A stretch of 64,000 bases of DNA from Kiritimatiellia bacterium (GTDB lineage: Bacteria; Verrucomicrobiota; Kiritimatiellia; RFP12; UBA1067), in assembly GCA_050949565.1 (NCBI GenBank), contig JBMNFY010000002.1:33367-97366 (forward strand), written 5' to 3'. The first letter of the stretch is position 1. Every line of letters begins with the position of its first letter. The position numbers and the translations under genes were made by a program. The notes below the pieces were generated by a model. It made no database searches. It was not told the DNA's origin and saw nothing but the letters and a program-made list of their open reading frames with translations. Below, piece after piece: positions 50,494 through 58,730 of the stretch.

Positions 50494-51668
50494 TTCAGGA
50501 GCAGGTTCATCAGCGCCGATCCTTTGAGAGCACCAAGCGTGCCACGTCGTGCGGCAGACTCGTCAAAGGTCTCCACGTCGTCAGGTTCGACGCCCGGCTG
50601 GTAGACGGCCACCGGCACCGGGGTACGCGTGTGTTTGCCGGTCGCCAATGGCACCGGATGATCTGGCAGCACGCAGTAGGCGACCGACGGACCGCCGCCG
50701 TCCATCACACGTTTGACGAGACGGTGATCGAAGTCCTCGAGCGCCTTCAGTTTGAGCGCCAAGTCCTGCGCGTGAGAGACTTCATCGATCGCCTCGACGT
50801 GCACATAGACAAAATCATAGCCGTCAGCGAGTGCCTTCAAGGCAGCGTCAGCCTTGGCCTCGTAATCGGTGTCGATATAACCGGTCGCGCCCGGCACCCT
50901 GATGACATCCATGCCCATGCAGCGGCCGAGTCCGTTGATCACGTCGACGGCGGAGATCACCGCTGCGCGGATGCCGTAGCGCTGGCTGATATTGTGGATG
51001 GCGCCGGCCTTGCCGCCGCTCCACGGCCAGATGCCGTTGGCCTCGCGCCCCTTGAGCACGTCGGCGGCGCGCGCGATGAGATCGCGCAAGACCCCTGCGG
51101 TGTGTATGCCTTCGGTTGACTTGGTGCGCGGCAGGTGCTTCGCCACCGATTGACCGTGGCAATCATCGGGTTTGTCGTACGAGATCTCCGCGCTGTACTC
51201 CGGGCCGGAGAGTATCAGCAGGTTACGATAGCTAACACCGGGATAGAAGCGGATCGTATCGGTGCCGAGCGCGTCATTGAGCAGGCGGATCGCCTCTTCG
51301 GCATCAGCCTGCGCGATGTGTCCGCCCGAGAAGTCGCGTAGGATACCGTCAGCATCCACGGTGACCAGATTCATGCGAAAGGCGATATCATCTGGGCCAA
51401 GCGGGATGCCTTGGCTGGCGGCTTCAAGCGGGCCGCGGCCACACATTTCAGTGGCAAGGTCACAGCCGAGCACCGACATATTGGCGATGTCGCTGGAGGT
51501 CGGGTAGCCCTCGGGCAGGGTCAGCATGGTGCCACTGCGGCCGCAGCGTGCGATCGCATCCATGTGTGGGGTATTGGCCGCTTGGAGCGGGGTACGGTGT
51601 CCGAGTTCGGCGATCGGTTCGTCAGCCATCCCGTCGCCAAGGAAAAGAACAGTCTTATGCGGTTTCAT
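50481..51668 (-). CDS. apgM: Cofactor-independent phosphoglycerate mutase (ApgM type)
   Basis: FLGDGMAD, TPLQAANTP.MD, SDIANMSVLG, GRGPLEAAS, HVEAIDEVSH, LPDHPVP..HTRTPVP. Confidence 0.9.
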   Translation of the reverse strand: MKPHKTVLFLGDGMADEPIAELGHRTPLQAANTPHMDAIARCGRSGTMLTLPEGYPTSSDIANMSVLGCDLATEMCGRGPLEAASQGIPLGPDDIAFRMNLVTVDADGILRDFSGGHIAQADAEEAIRLLNDALGTDTIRFYPGVSYRNLLILSGPEYSAEISYDKPDDCHGQSVAKHLPRTKSTEGIHTAGVLRDLIARAADVLKGREANGIWPWSGGKAGAIHNISQRYGIRAAVISAVDVINGLGRCMGMDVIRVPGATGYIDTDYEAKADAALKALADGYDFVYVHVEAIDEVSHAQDLALKLKALEDFDHRLVKRVMDGGGPSVAYCVLPDHPVPLATGKHTRTPVPVAVYQPGVEPDDVETFDESAARRGTLGALKGSALMNLLLKVRS

Positions 51669-51720
51669 GATGTGGCGATAGTCTCGCAGACCCGCGCGAT
51701 TGTGTCAATGTTGACAGTGC

Positions 51721-51990
51721 GTGTAAAAGCACTGCTCGGGTTTTCACGCAAGGCGCAGCCGCGCCGCGCGCGGAGTTTTCAGTTAGGATTGAGGATTTAG
51801 GAGTTCCGTACGTTCAGGCAGCGCCCTTGCCAGCGTTCAGCGTTCCGCGCGTTCAACGTTCAGCGTTCTGCGTTCAGGCGTGGCACGGGCATCTTGCCCG
51901 TGTTTCATGGGCGGGACGCCCCTCTCACCTCTCACCTCCTACTGCCTACTACTTCTTACCTCTTACCTTTTACTTATTACCTCTTCCTCC
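51721..51990 (+). repeat. Composite repeat copy 1 (GC hairpin + TTAGGA heptamers + TTCxGCG heptamers + family-A REP), then pyrimidine heptamers
   Basis: GTGTAAAAGCACTGCTCG..CGCAAGGCGCAGCCGCGC..GCGGAGTTTTCAGTTAGGATTGAGGATTTAGGAGTT..TTCTGCGTTCAG..GTGGCACGGGCATCTTGCCCGTG. Confidence 0.85.
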
Positions 51991-52064
51991 TCCCTTCTCT
52001 CTCGACGATCTGCCGCCGTGTGGTGTAAGTTGTTTTCGCTGATCTCGGAGTTGTAAGGAATCTT

Positions 52065-52685
52065 ATGTCTCTATACTTTGTACAGGGTGCGGTTTACGGT
52101 TTTGCGGCTGCGGTGCAGCCCGGCCCATTTCTGGCCTATCTGGTTTCTCTGGCGTTACGCAGCGGCTGGCGACGGGCGTTGCCTGCCGTGCTGGCACCGC
52201 TGCTGAGCGATGGCCCGATCATCGTGTTGGTACTGATCGTGCTGAGCCGCGTCCCGCCGTGGTGGATACAACTGTTGCGGTTCGCTGGCGGGTTCTTCAT
52301 TCTCTATCTTGCTGCGGGGGCGTTGCGTTCTTGGCGGCACCCTGAGGCGGTCGCGGTGTCAGACCATCCCGATCGGAGAGGCGTGTTCCGGGCCGTGCTC
52401 CTGAACCTGCTGAATCCATCCCCCTATGTGTATTGGGGTTTGGTGGGCGGGCCGCTGTTGCTGTCGGGGTGGCGCGAAACGCCCGCCAATGGGATCGGTT
52501 TTCTTGCGGGGTTTTATGGCGCGATGCTGACGAGCATGGCAGGGATCGTCCTGCTGTGCGCATGCGCCGGAGAAAGGAACGAGCGGCTGAACCGACTTCT
52601 GTCCGGCGTCGCGGGGTTCGCGCTGGCCGGTTTCGGGCTGTATCAAATCGTGCTGGGGATTATGGATTGGCGCTGGCCGGGCTGA
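52065..52685 (+). CDS. LysE-family translocator
   Basis: AVQPGPF..GWRRA..SDGP..GGFFILYLA..NLLNPSPY..W; about 6 TM segments. Confidence 0.85.
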   Translation: MSLYFVQGAVYGFAAAVQPGPFLAYLVSLALRSGWRRALPAVLAPLLSDGPIIVLVLIVLSRVPPWWIQLLRFAGGFFILYLAAGALRSWRHPEAVAVSDHPDRRGVFRAVLLNLLNPSPYVYWGLVGGPLLLSGWRETPANGIGFLAGFYGAMLTSMAGIVLLCACAGERNERLNRLLSGVAGFALAGFGLYQIVLGIMDWRWPG

Positions 52686-52740
52686 GGCGAGCGCTTTTTC
52701 TCACACGAAGGCACCAAGGGGCACGAAGGATTTGGGATTT

Positions 52741-52947
52741 GCACTGCTCGGGTTTTCTCATCCACAGATTTACACAGATGACGCAGATGCAAGCCGCGCT
52801 GCGCGCGGAGTTTGCAGTTAGGATTGAGGATTTAGGAGTTTCTGCTTCGGTGTTCTGCGTTCAACGTTCTAAGTTCTGCGTTCAGATGGCATCTTGCCCG
52901 TGTTTCTCATGGGCGGGACGCCCATGCCACGAGGGGGCAAGAGTCTC
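52741..52947 (+). repeat. Composite repeat copy 2 (with inserted 9-mer triplet)
   Basis: GCACTGCTCGGGTTTT..ATCCACAGATTTACACAGATGACGCAGAT..GCCGCGCTGCGCGCGGAGTTTGCAGTTAGGATTGAGGATTTAGGAGTT..GGCATCTTGCCCGTG..CATGGGCGGGACGCCCATGCCACGAGGGG. Confidence 0.85.
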
Positions 52948-53001
52948 TCATTTGAAGCATCATTTGGACGTAAGCGGAGCCTGAGAAAAACATGTGCTCC
53001 T

Positions 53002-53146
53002 CTTCCACACCTTTCAAGGTGTGGAAATAAGGCCCAGAGAGGAAAAGGGAGCAATAGTGAATAAACCCTAGTAAACATTGGGTTTTTTTGATGGTTCCTT
53101 ATCTGTTTGACTGTCGTTTTCTACTTCCACACCTTTCAAGGTGTGG
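53002..53146. repeat. Two identical 23-bp palindromic direct repeats, 122 bp apart
   Basis: CTTCCACACCTTTCAAGGTGTGG at 53002-53024 and 53124-53146 (dyad CCACACCTT-TC-AAGGTGTGG). Confidence 0.9.
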
Positions 53147-53222
53147 GCACGACAGGAAGGCAATTGCGGAGCATCGGGAGCAAAATCGGTTGGTGTGATT
53201 ACGCAGTGGCTCGCAATGATGA

Positions 53223-53400
53223 GTGTAAAAGTACTGCTCGCTGTTTCACGCAAAGGCGCAGCCGCGCTGTGCGCGGAGTTTTCAGTTAGGGTTGAGGATT
53301 TAGGAGTTTTTACTTCGTGTTCTGCGTTCAGATGTGGCACGGGCATCTTGCCCGTGTTTCATGGGCGGGACGCCCATGCCACGAGGGGTTTTGTAAATCT
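53223..53400 (+). repeat. Composite repeat copy 3
   Basis: GTGTAAAAGTACTGCTCG..CACGCAAAGGCGCAGCCGCGC..GCGGAGTTTTCAGTTAGGGTTGAGGATTTAGGAGTT..complete REP doublet..GAGGGGTTTTGTAA. Confidence 0.85.
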
Positions 53401-53488
53401 CTTCTTATCTTCCGCATTGTTGCTGCTCATTACTCACACTCTCTCATTTCGCAGGCTCGGTAAATATGAAGCCTGATAACAAAGAGCA

Positions 53489-53728
53489 CTAGAGCCCCTT
53501 GAGCAGATCTTCTCGGAGTATTCCCTTGTGGACGGATACGGACTGGAGGATGCCGTTCAAAGTGCCGACACGGAGCGACGCATGTGCTGGAATCACGATC
53601 CGGTGGTGACTTGGCATCTCGGTTTGGAGAACGATATGGCTGCCGACCTGATGGACAAGCGTATATCCCCACAAACGGCAAAGGTGGCGGGCTAAACGGA
53701 TCCCAGACAGATCGCGGGGCAACTTCAT
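53489..53728 (-). CDS. hicA: HicA-family mRNA interferase toxin
   Basis: MKLPRDLSG..GY..HQVGSHI..IPAH..LRVGTLNGIL. Confidence 0.88.
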   Translation of the reverse strand: MKLPRDLSGIRLARHLCRLWGYTLVHQVGSHIVLQTEMPSHHRIVIPAHASLRVGTLNGILQSVSVHKGILREDLLKGL

Positions 53729-53931
53729 GCCAAAACCTCTTCGCGCGTCAGACGGATGCGAACGGAAGGCTTTTCAAGCTGGTCGAATGTGTACGCGGCC
53801 ACGGCTTCGCGGACATTGGCGCGGAGTTCCTCCCATGTGTCCGCCTGCGTGAAGATATCCTCGCCCAGTGCTTCGGCTGTGTATCCACCGTCGGTATCCT
53901 GAGTTACATCAAAAATAATCTCATTTTTCAT
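53725..53931 (-). CDS. hicB: Short HicB-like antitoxin, located upstream of the toxin
   Basis: DGGYTAEA..IFTQADTWEELRANVREAV RNase-H-like HicB core; ATGA overlap with hicA; no HTH/RHH domain. Confidence 0.75.
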   Translation of the reverse strand: MKNEIIFDVTQDTDGGYTAEALGEDIFTQADTWEELRANVREAVAAYTFDQLEKPSVRIRLTREEVLA

Positions 53932-53937
53932 GGTTCA

Positions 53938-53966
53938 AGGGTATCACGCCTATGCGTCGTGAGCAA
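53938..53966 (-). promoter_or_regulatory. Putative promoter of a leaderless hicBA transcript
   Basis: TTGCTC-N17-TACCCT, then 6 nt to the ATG at 53931. Confidence 0.4.
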
Positions 53967-53975
53967 GCCGCTTAT

Positions 53976-54029
53976 TTTTCGCGAAGGCGCAGCCGCGCGA
54001 CGTGCGGAGTTTTCAGTTAGGATTGAGGA
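53976..54029 (+). repeat. Composite repeat copy 4 (partial); supplies the last codons and stop of the STAND gene
   Basis: TTTTCGCGAAGGCGCAGCCGCGCGACGTGCGGAGTTTTCAGTTAGGATTGAGGA; TTA at 54017-54019 is the TAA stop. Confidence 0.8.
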
Positions 54030-57000
54030 AGATAACTGCTTAGCTCATTGCTTAAATCTCTGACGCGCTCAAAACCGGCCTCAAACAACCTGTCCCACGC
54101 ATCAAGACAGGCACCAACGCACTCGGAATCTCGTGCAGCTTGTGACTCTTCGTAAAGACGAAGTAAGACTCCGGAAAGGCCGTGAAAACGCCAGCCTTCT
54201 GTCGGCTCTGTTGCCGTCTGCAAATGAGCAGTCAGGTGGTCAACAAACTTCATGATGACGCGCCTAAAGGGTAGTATTGACGCCTTATGTTTTTTAAGAT
54301 GATGCAGAAGATAATTGTCCGATTTTAGTATCGAATCAGTAACGTAGCGTTCTAAGCACTGTGGCGCGTTGGCAAAGGAAAGGACCTTTTCCGTTATCCA
54401 GCGATGTGCGCTATTACGCAGTTCCTGCTCCATTTCGTCCCTATAGTCACACAAAATAGAGACACAGCGCTCAAAATAGATCGGTTGTTGCGCCAAGGCA
54501 GTAGCGGCCTCGACAACGCCTTTCTTGTGCGCCAGTGTTCCCGACTGCCTAATCCATTGATATTCATTCTCGAAACACCCATGAAACAGATACCGCGCTG
54601 TTACCTCTGCTGCGCCTTCTTGGGCAACTTTGTCAAATGGCGAAGCAAGCATTGAACGAATTATTGGTTCAATCACAGGGAGATACTTGGGGATCGTTTG
54701 ATTAAAAAAGTGGATTGCAATCCGAGCCGACGGGACACGTGGATCGAGCCGACAGGCCTCACAGAACCAAGTAACCGCCTGATCTTGATCGTATTTAAGC
54801 ATGAAGTCACAAAGGTGCAAAGCACTCTGACGGACGGCAGGATGGGGATCTCGAACAAGCTGCTCAATAGCGTCTCTGAACACACTGAGTTTTTCGGGTT
54901 TCTCCCAAAGGATGTTCGCGATTGTTTCTGCGGCCACTCCTCTAACCGAGTTCAAGGCCGTAGAAGCCAGTACACTTGGGCTGGCCGTTTCAATCGTCTG
55001 GTCCCGATATTTATAAGAATCGGCATCAACGGCAGGATCAGCATGCGACACCGCCAGTCTCGCAAGCCATTCATAGAAATGGTTTGGCCAATCGGCTTCA
55101 GATCGCTTTTGCATCATCCAGAAAAAGTCTCGGACGGTATAGGTGTTTTCAAGAAGCGGAAAAAACCTCTCCCAGAATTGCACACAATCGGCGCATGTGG
55201 CGGGCGCCCATTGCTCACCTTTCATGCCCGAAAGTTCAGAATCCTGTTCCGGTTTCGTTGTGGCTGCTGCCGAGGCTACGGCCTCTATATAACGCAAGTT
55301 CGTATTCGAGGGGAACGCCATCGACAGCTTGATGAAACGTGTTGGGTTCTTCTTTGCGACTTTTCGGAAATCACCAGCGAATGACTCCACATCGGATTTG
55401 ACGACATGATTCTCGGCGACTTGCCGTATGGTACGAAACCCATCCTTGTGCGTTTTGCCCGACTGAATGATTCTTAACCAAGTTTTGTCAGATAAATGAT
55501 CGGCCTTGTCATGCACTGGCGAGACGACCCAACCTCCAGCTGCACTTAGCCGCACCCCACTATCAAATGGATATTTTGCATGACGTCGTTCAAGAGTTCC
55601 CACGAGTCCTTGAGTAAATTGCGAGATTCTGTGTGTCGGCAATGCGGTCAAAAGCGCATGTTGGTCATTACCCCAAAATGCAGAATAGAACCCTTCCCGA
55701 CTCCATTCGAGACATCTTTTTACTTTTTCTATTAGTTTCGGTGGTTTGTAGAACACCAAAAACTGTTCGACGCTATGAAAAACGCGGTCGGAACATGTGG
55801 CCGCATGTTTCTTTATCAAATTTGACGCTGCTTGCCATTTAGAAACGCCTTCTTGATGCTCCGATGCCGTCAAGCGTGCCGGCACTGCAAGCAACCAATC
55901 AAGGACTTCGTCCGAACATTCCGATGGAAGCTCACTATAAGCCTCTGCCAGAATAAGATCCGTTATTGGAGATCTTGTGTCGTGATATTTCGTCGTCTCG
56001 TGAAAGAGGTTAGCGCCTTCTGTTTGCGCCCGTTTTATCCCCGCGATAATTAGAAGCCTGACAGCACAAACCATCAGTTCATGTTCGTGATTGTAAGTGT
56101 GGAAAGAGCATTGGATGTCTTCTCTTGAGATGCTCGGATTCAATGGTAACGAGAGTTGCGTAATTAAATCGATGCAACTATTCCATAGTTCCGCTGGGTA
56201 CGCATCCGCCGCACTCGCAAGCCCGTCAAATCCATATTCCCCCATATGGTCGAAGCATTTTTGATAGGGCTCGCGCAACTTCCATGAAACAGGTGATGAG
56301 GATGAATTACTTTTAGTCACATGTACCTTCGAAAGGAAAAATTTAAAATAGGCAATCGCTTCCCGGGGGAAAGACTGGCCTAGGTGATGCCAGTCAAAAT
56401 AATGCTGTATGACACCCCGCTCTAACAGATCCAGTCTGATAGGCAAAAAATGACCGGCCTTATCGCCTACACTAAAAGGCAACATTCGAACAACAGTGTC
56501 GGTGTCGGATGGGTTTGCCGCCTGAATTCTCCGGATATGTTTGACAACTCTTTCTGGGTCGATTGATGCAACGGACTTAAGCAGGTTGAGTGCCCTGTGT
56601 CTAAGTGCGCTGTCTTTGCTGTCGATCCACGCAACGAGCACCCCCTTTTCGTCAAGAACGGATATCCACTTTGGATGCCCCCAAAAAACGGTGTCGAGCA
56701 CTCTGTCCGCCAGATCTTGCACCGAAAGCCATTTCATCACGATGGTAGACAGTCGAGGTGTCGGAACCTCCTGTGCGATTACTGCAAGAACAAGGTGTTT
56801 CAGGTGGAATCGTACGTTCGGTGATTGCACGAGCAGGTCACACTCATCGGCAAATTTGTCTGGTTCCTCTTCCGCTAGCTGGGACAAGACGAGTTTAAGT
56901 TGTTCCCGTTTGAGAAGGTGCTGATTCTCCCTTTTGCCAAGCCACTCAACGAGGGTGTGCCGCCGACTCAGTTCAGATAAAACCCGGCTTGCGACCTGAT

Positions 57001-58681
57001 AATCTAAGTAGCTCTGATGAGCGAACAGTATCTTGTTGGCGCTTTCCCGAAGGACGCCAACCGACTGCAACAGGTCATAAGGTAGCGTGTAACGTTCTGC
57101 AAGCCGCGAGGGGGACCAGATGCGATTGTTGCGATCCATGTCTGTGACGATCAGATCCAAGAATTCGGTCAGATCACGCTCGTTCGCTCCAAGTTGGATA
57201 GCCCTTCTTTTCCGGTCAGCCCAATAGCATCGGATCAGCGATGTTCCGCTTTGAAACCTCACATCTGGATCGTCGCGGGAAATGGTCATCCACATGTGCA
57301 ACAGATGAGGTGATTGAAGCGATGTTTTCTGACGAGCGGAAAGCTGGTTGAAAGCATTTTCCTGAAAACGCTTGAGCGACACCTCCAGTTCCTGCTCTGT
57401 CAAAGACGGGATGTCGATACTCGCTATCGTTGGGTTTCCTCCAAGCCAGCTCTTTAACCCTGGATGATTATCCAGATCAACCTGCCTTACAGACAGAATG
57501 ACCGATACAGGACGCGAAGGTGTGCTCTGTTCTCGACACTGCTTGACCAACTGCGTGCAGACTTCAAACGCGGCGTTGCAGGCTCCGCTGGTCCATCTTA
57601 AAGCGTCAAGCTGGTCTAGGATCAGAACACAGGGCTGCTGTTCTGAAATGGCAGCAAGGCATAGGGCAGGCGAATCTGGAAGCCCCATGCTGTCTCCGTA
57701 TGACCGCGTGCAGTCCGAGGGTGGACGCCGATCTAATCGCAATGGCAGAAACGGGATGTTTCGGTTTTTGAGTTCAGACGCAACCTCGTAAAGAACCCCG
57801 CTCTTGCCACATCCCGCAGCGCCTTTCAACAGGATGATCCTGCCCTCGGGTATGAGATTAAGAACTTGTTGCGTTTCTTTCCGGCCTAACGTTAGCGCAT
57901 TGATAAGATCCGGTATGATAGACGCAAAAAACTCCTCCTGCAAGATCGAAATGGCAGGAACAATGCGATCATCGTAAGCCAGTTGCTTGGTGTGTATGCC
58001 CTTTTCGGACAAATAGCCAACCAGCGTTGAAACCGAAATTGGCTCAGCCAGGTGACTCTCAACATAGTCTCTTAGCACAGCAAAGGATGCACCGGAGTCG
58101 CCTGTCAGGGTCTGATCCAACCATGCCATGAGATTGCTGTGCTCTGCCGCATGATCGCCGAAGTATTCAAGATCAAAGCGCCTGAGAAAATCCAAAGTCC
58201 GCTGCTTACGGACACACTCGTCCCCATCCCCCCCGATTTTGTTTTGGAGTGCACCAATAAGGTCACGGTTCGCGGTAGAAATCGAGCACAGGTAATCAAG
58301 GTGCACGACGGGGGCTAATTTTAGATCTTTCCTCGCATTGTCTGTGAGATCGGTGAGACAAGTAAAAGGTAGGGGAGATACCAAACGGAAACAAACTGAA
58401 CTATCCCTGTGCAATTGCCGATATGCTTTTACAATAACAGTTGTCAAACTGCCAATGGACCACTGGTTATTATTATGGTGTCTTCCTTTGCACTGATATG
58501 CAGTGCGAGCCCCGTCTTTCGACGTAACCCAGACATCGACACCATCGTTGTCATCTCCGATAGCTTCAAGTGTGATTGACCGGATTTCTTCCCGTAGCAG
58601 ACGCACACACTGCCGAACAACCCATTTGGCTTCATAGCGGTTGCCCAGTTTTCCAGCTTCACCTCCGGGGCGCCATGCCAT
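54017..58681 (-). CDS. Avs-like anti-phage STAND NTPase with N-terminal Cap4-like PD-(D/E)xK nuclease and long helical sensor
   Basis: GNRYE..W, E..D.DGVDV..AYQCK nuclease motif; GAAGCGKS Walker A; LILDQLD Walker B; FAHQSYLDY winged helix; 1554 aa; lower GC than flanks. Confidence 0.8.
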   Translation of the reverse strand: MAWRPGGEAGKLGNRYEAKWVVRQCVRLLREEIRSITLEAIGDDNDGVDVWVTSKDGARTAYQCKGRHHNNNQWSIGSLTTVIVKAYRQLHRDSSVCFRLVSPLPFTCLTDLTDNARKDLKLAPVVHLDYLCSISTANRDLIGALQNKIGGDGDECVRKQRTLDFLRRFDLEYFGDHAAEHSNLMAWLDQTLTGDSGASFAVLRDYVESHLAEPISVSTLVGYLSEKGIHTKQLAYDDRIVPAISILQEEFFASIIPDLINALTLGRKETQQVLNLIPEGRIILLKGAAGCGKSGVLYEVASELKNRNIPFLPLRLDRRPPSDCTRSYGDSMGLPDSPALCLAAISEQQPCVLILDQLDALRWTSGACNAAFEVCTQLVKQCREQSTPSRPVSVILSVRQVDLDNHPGLKSWLGGNPTIASIDIPSLTEQELEVSLKRFQENAFNQLSARQKTSLQSPHLLHMWMTISRDDPDVRFQSGTSLIRCYWADRKRRAIQLGANERDLTEFLDLIVTDMDRNNRIWSPSRLAERYTLPYDLLQSVGVLRESANKILFAHQSYLDYQVASRVLSELSRRHTLVEWLGKRENQHLLKREQLKLVLSQLAEEEPDKFADECDLLVQSPNVRFHLKHLVLAVIAQEVPTPRLSTIVMKWLSVQDLADRVLDTVFWGHPKWISVLDEKGVLVAWIDSKDSALRHRALNLLKSVASIDPERVVKHIRRIQAANPSDTDTVVRMLPFSVGDKAGHFLPIRLDLLERGVIQHYFDWHHLGQSFPREAIAYFKFFLSKVHVTKSNSSSSPVSWKLREPYQKCFDHMGEYGFDGLASAADAYPAELWNSCIDLITQLSLPLNPSISREDIQCSFHTYNHEHELMVCAVRLLIIAGIKRAQTEGANLFHETTKYHDTRSPITDLILAEAYSELPSECSDEVLDWLLAVPARLTASEHQEGVSKWQAASNLIKKHAATCSDRVFHSVEQFLVFYKPPKLIEKVKRCLEWSREGFYSAFWGNDQHALLTALPTHRISQFTQGLVGTLERRHAKYPFDSGVRLSAAGGWVVSPVHDKADHLSDKTWLRIIQSGKTHKDGFRTIRQVAENHVVKSDVESFAGDFRKVAKKNPTRFIKLSMAFPSNTNLRYIEAVASAAATTKPEQDSELSGMKGEQWAPATCADCVQFWERFFPLLENTYTVRDFFWMMQKRSEADWPNHFYEWLARLAVSHADPAVDADSYKYRDQTIETASPSVLASTALNSVRGVAAETIANILWEKPEKLSVFRDAIEQLVRDPHPAVRQSALHLCDFMLKYDQDQAVTWFCEACRLDPRVPSARIAIHFFNQTIPKYLPVIEPIIRSMLASPFDKVAQEGAAEVTARYLFHGCFENEYQWIRQSGTLAHKKGVVEAATALAQQPIYFERCVSILCDYRDEMEQELRNSAHRWITEKVLSFANAPQCLERYVTDSILKSDNYLLHHLKKHKASILPFRRVIMKFVDHLTAHLQTATEPTEGWRFHGLSGVLLRLYEESQAARDSECVGACLDAWDRLFEAGFERVRDLSNELSSYLPQS

Positions 58682-58730
58682 GTCCAGTGTCTCCTAAAAA
58701 CAAATATGAGAAAGCATCAAAATGCACCAT

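Noticed and set aside
53002-53146. Mini CRISPR array
   Set aside because: Only two repeats, a 99-bp spacer and no cas genes in the window.
51721-54029. Integron attC sites
   Set aside because: GTTAGG is present, but there is no paired RYYYAAC...GTTRRRY with internal L boxes, cargo orientation is mixed and there is no intI.
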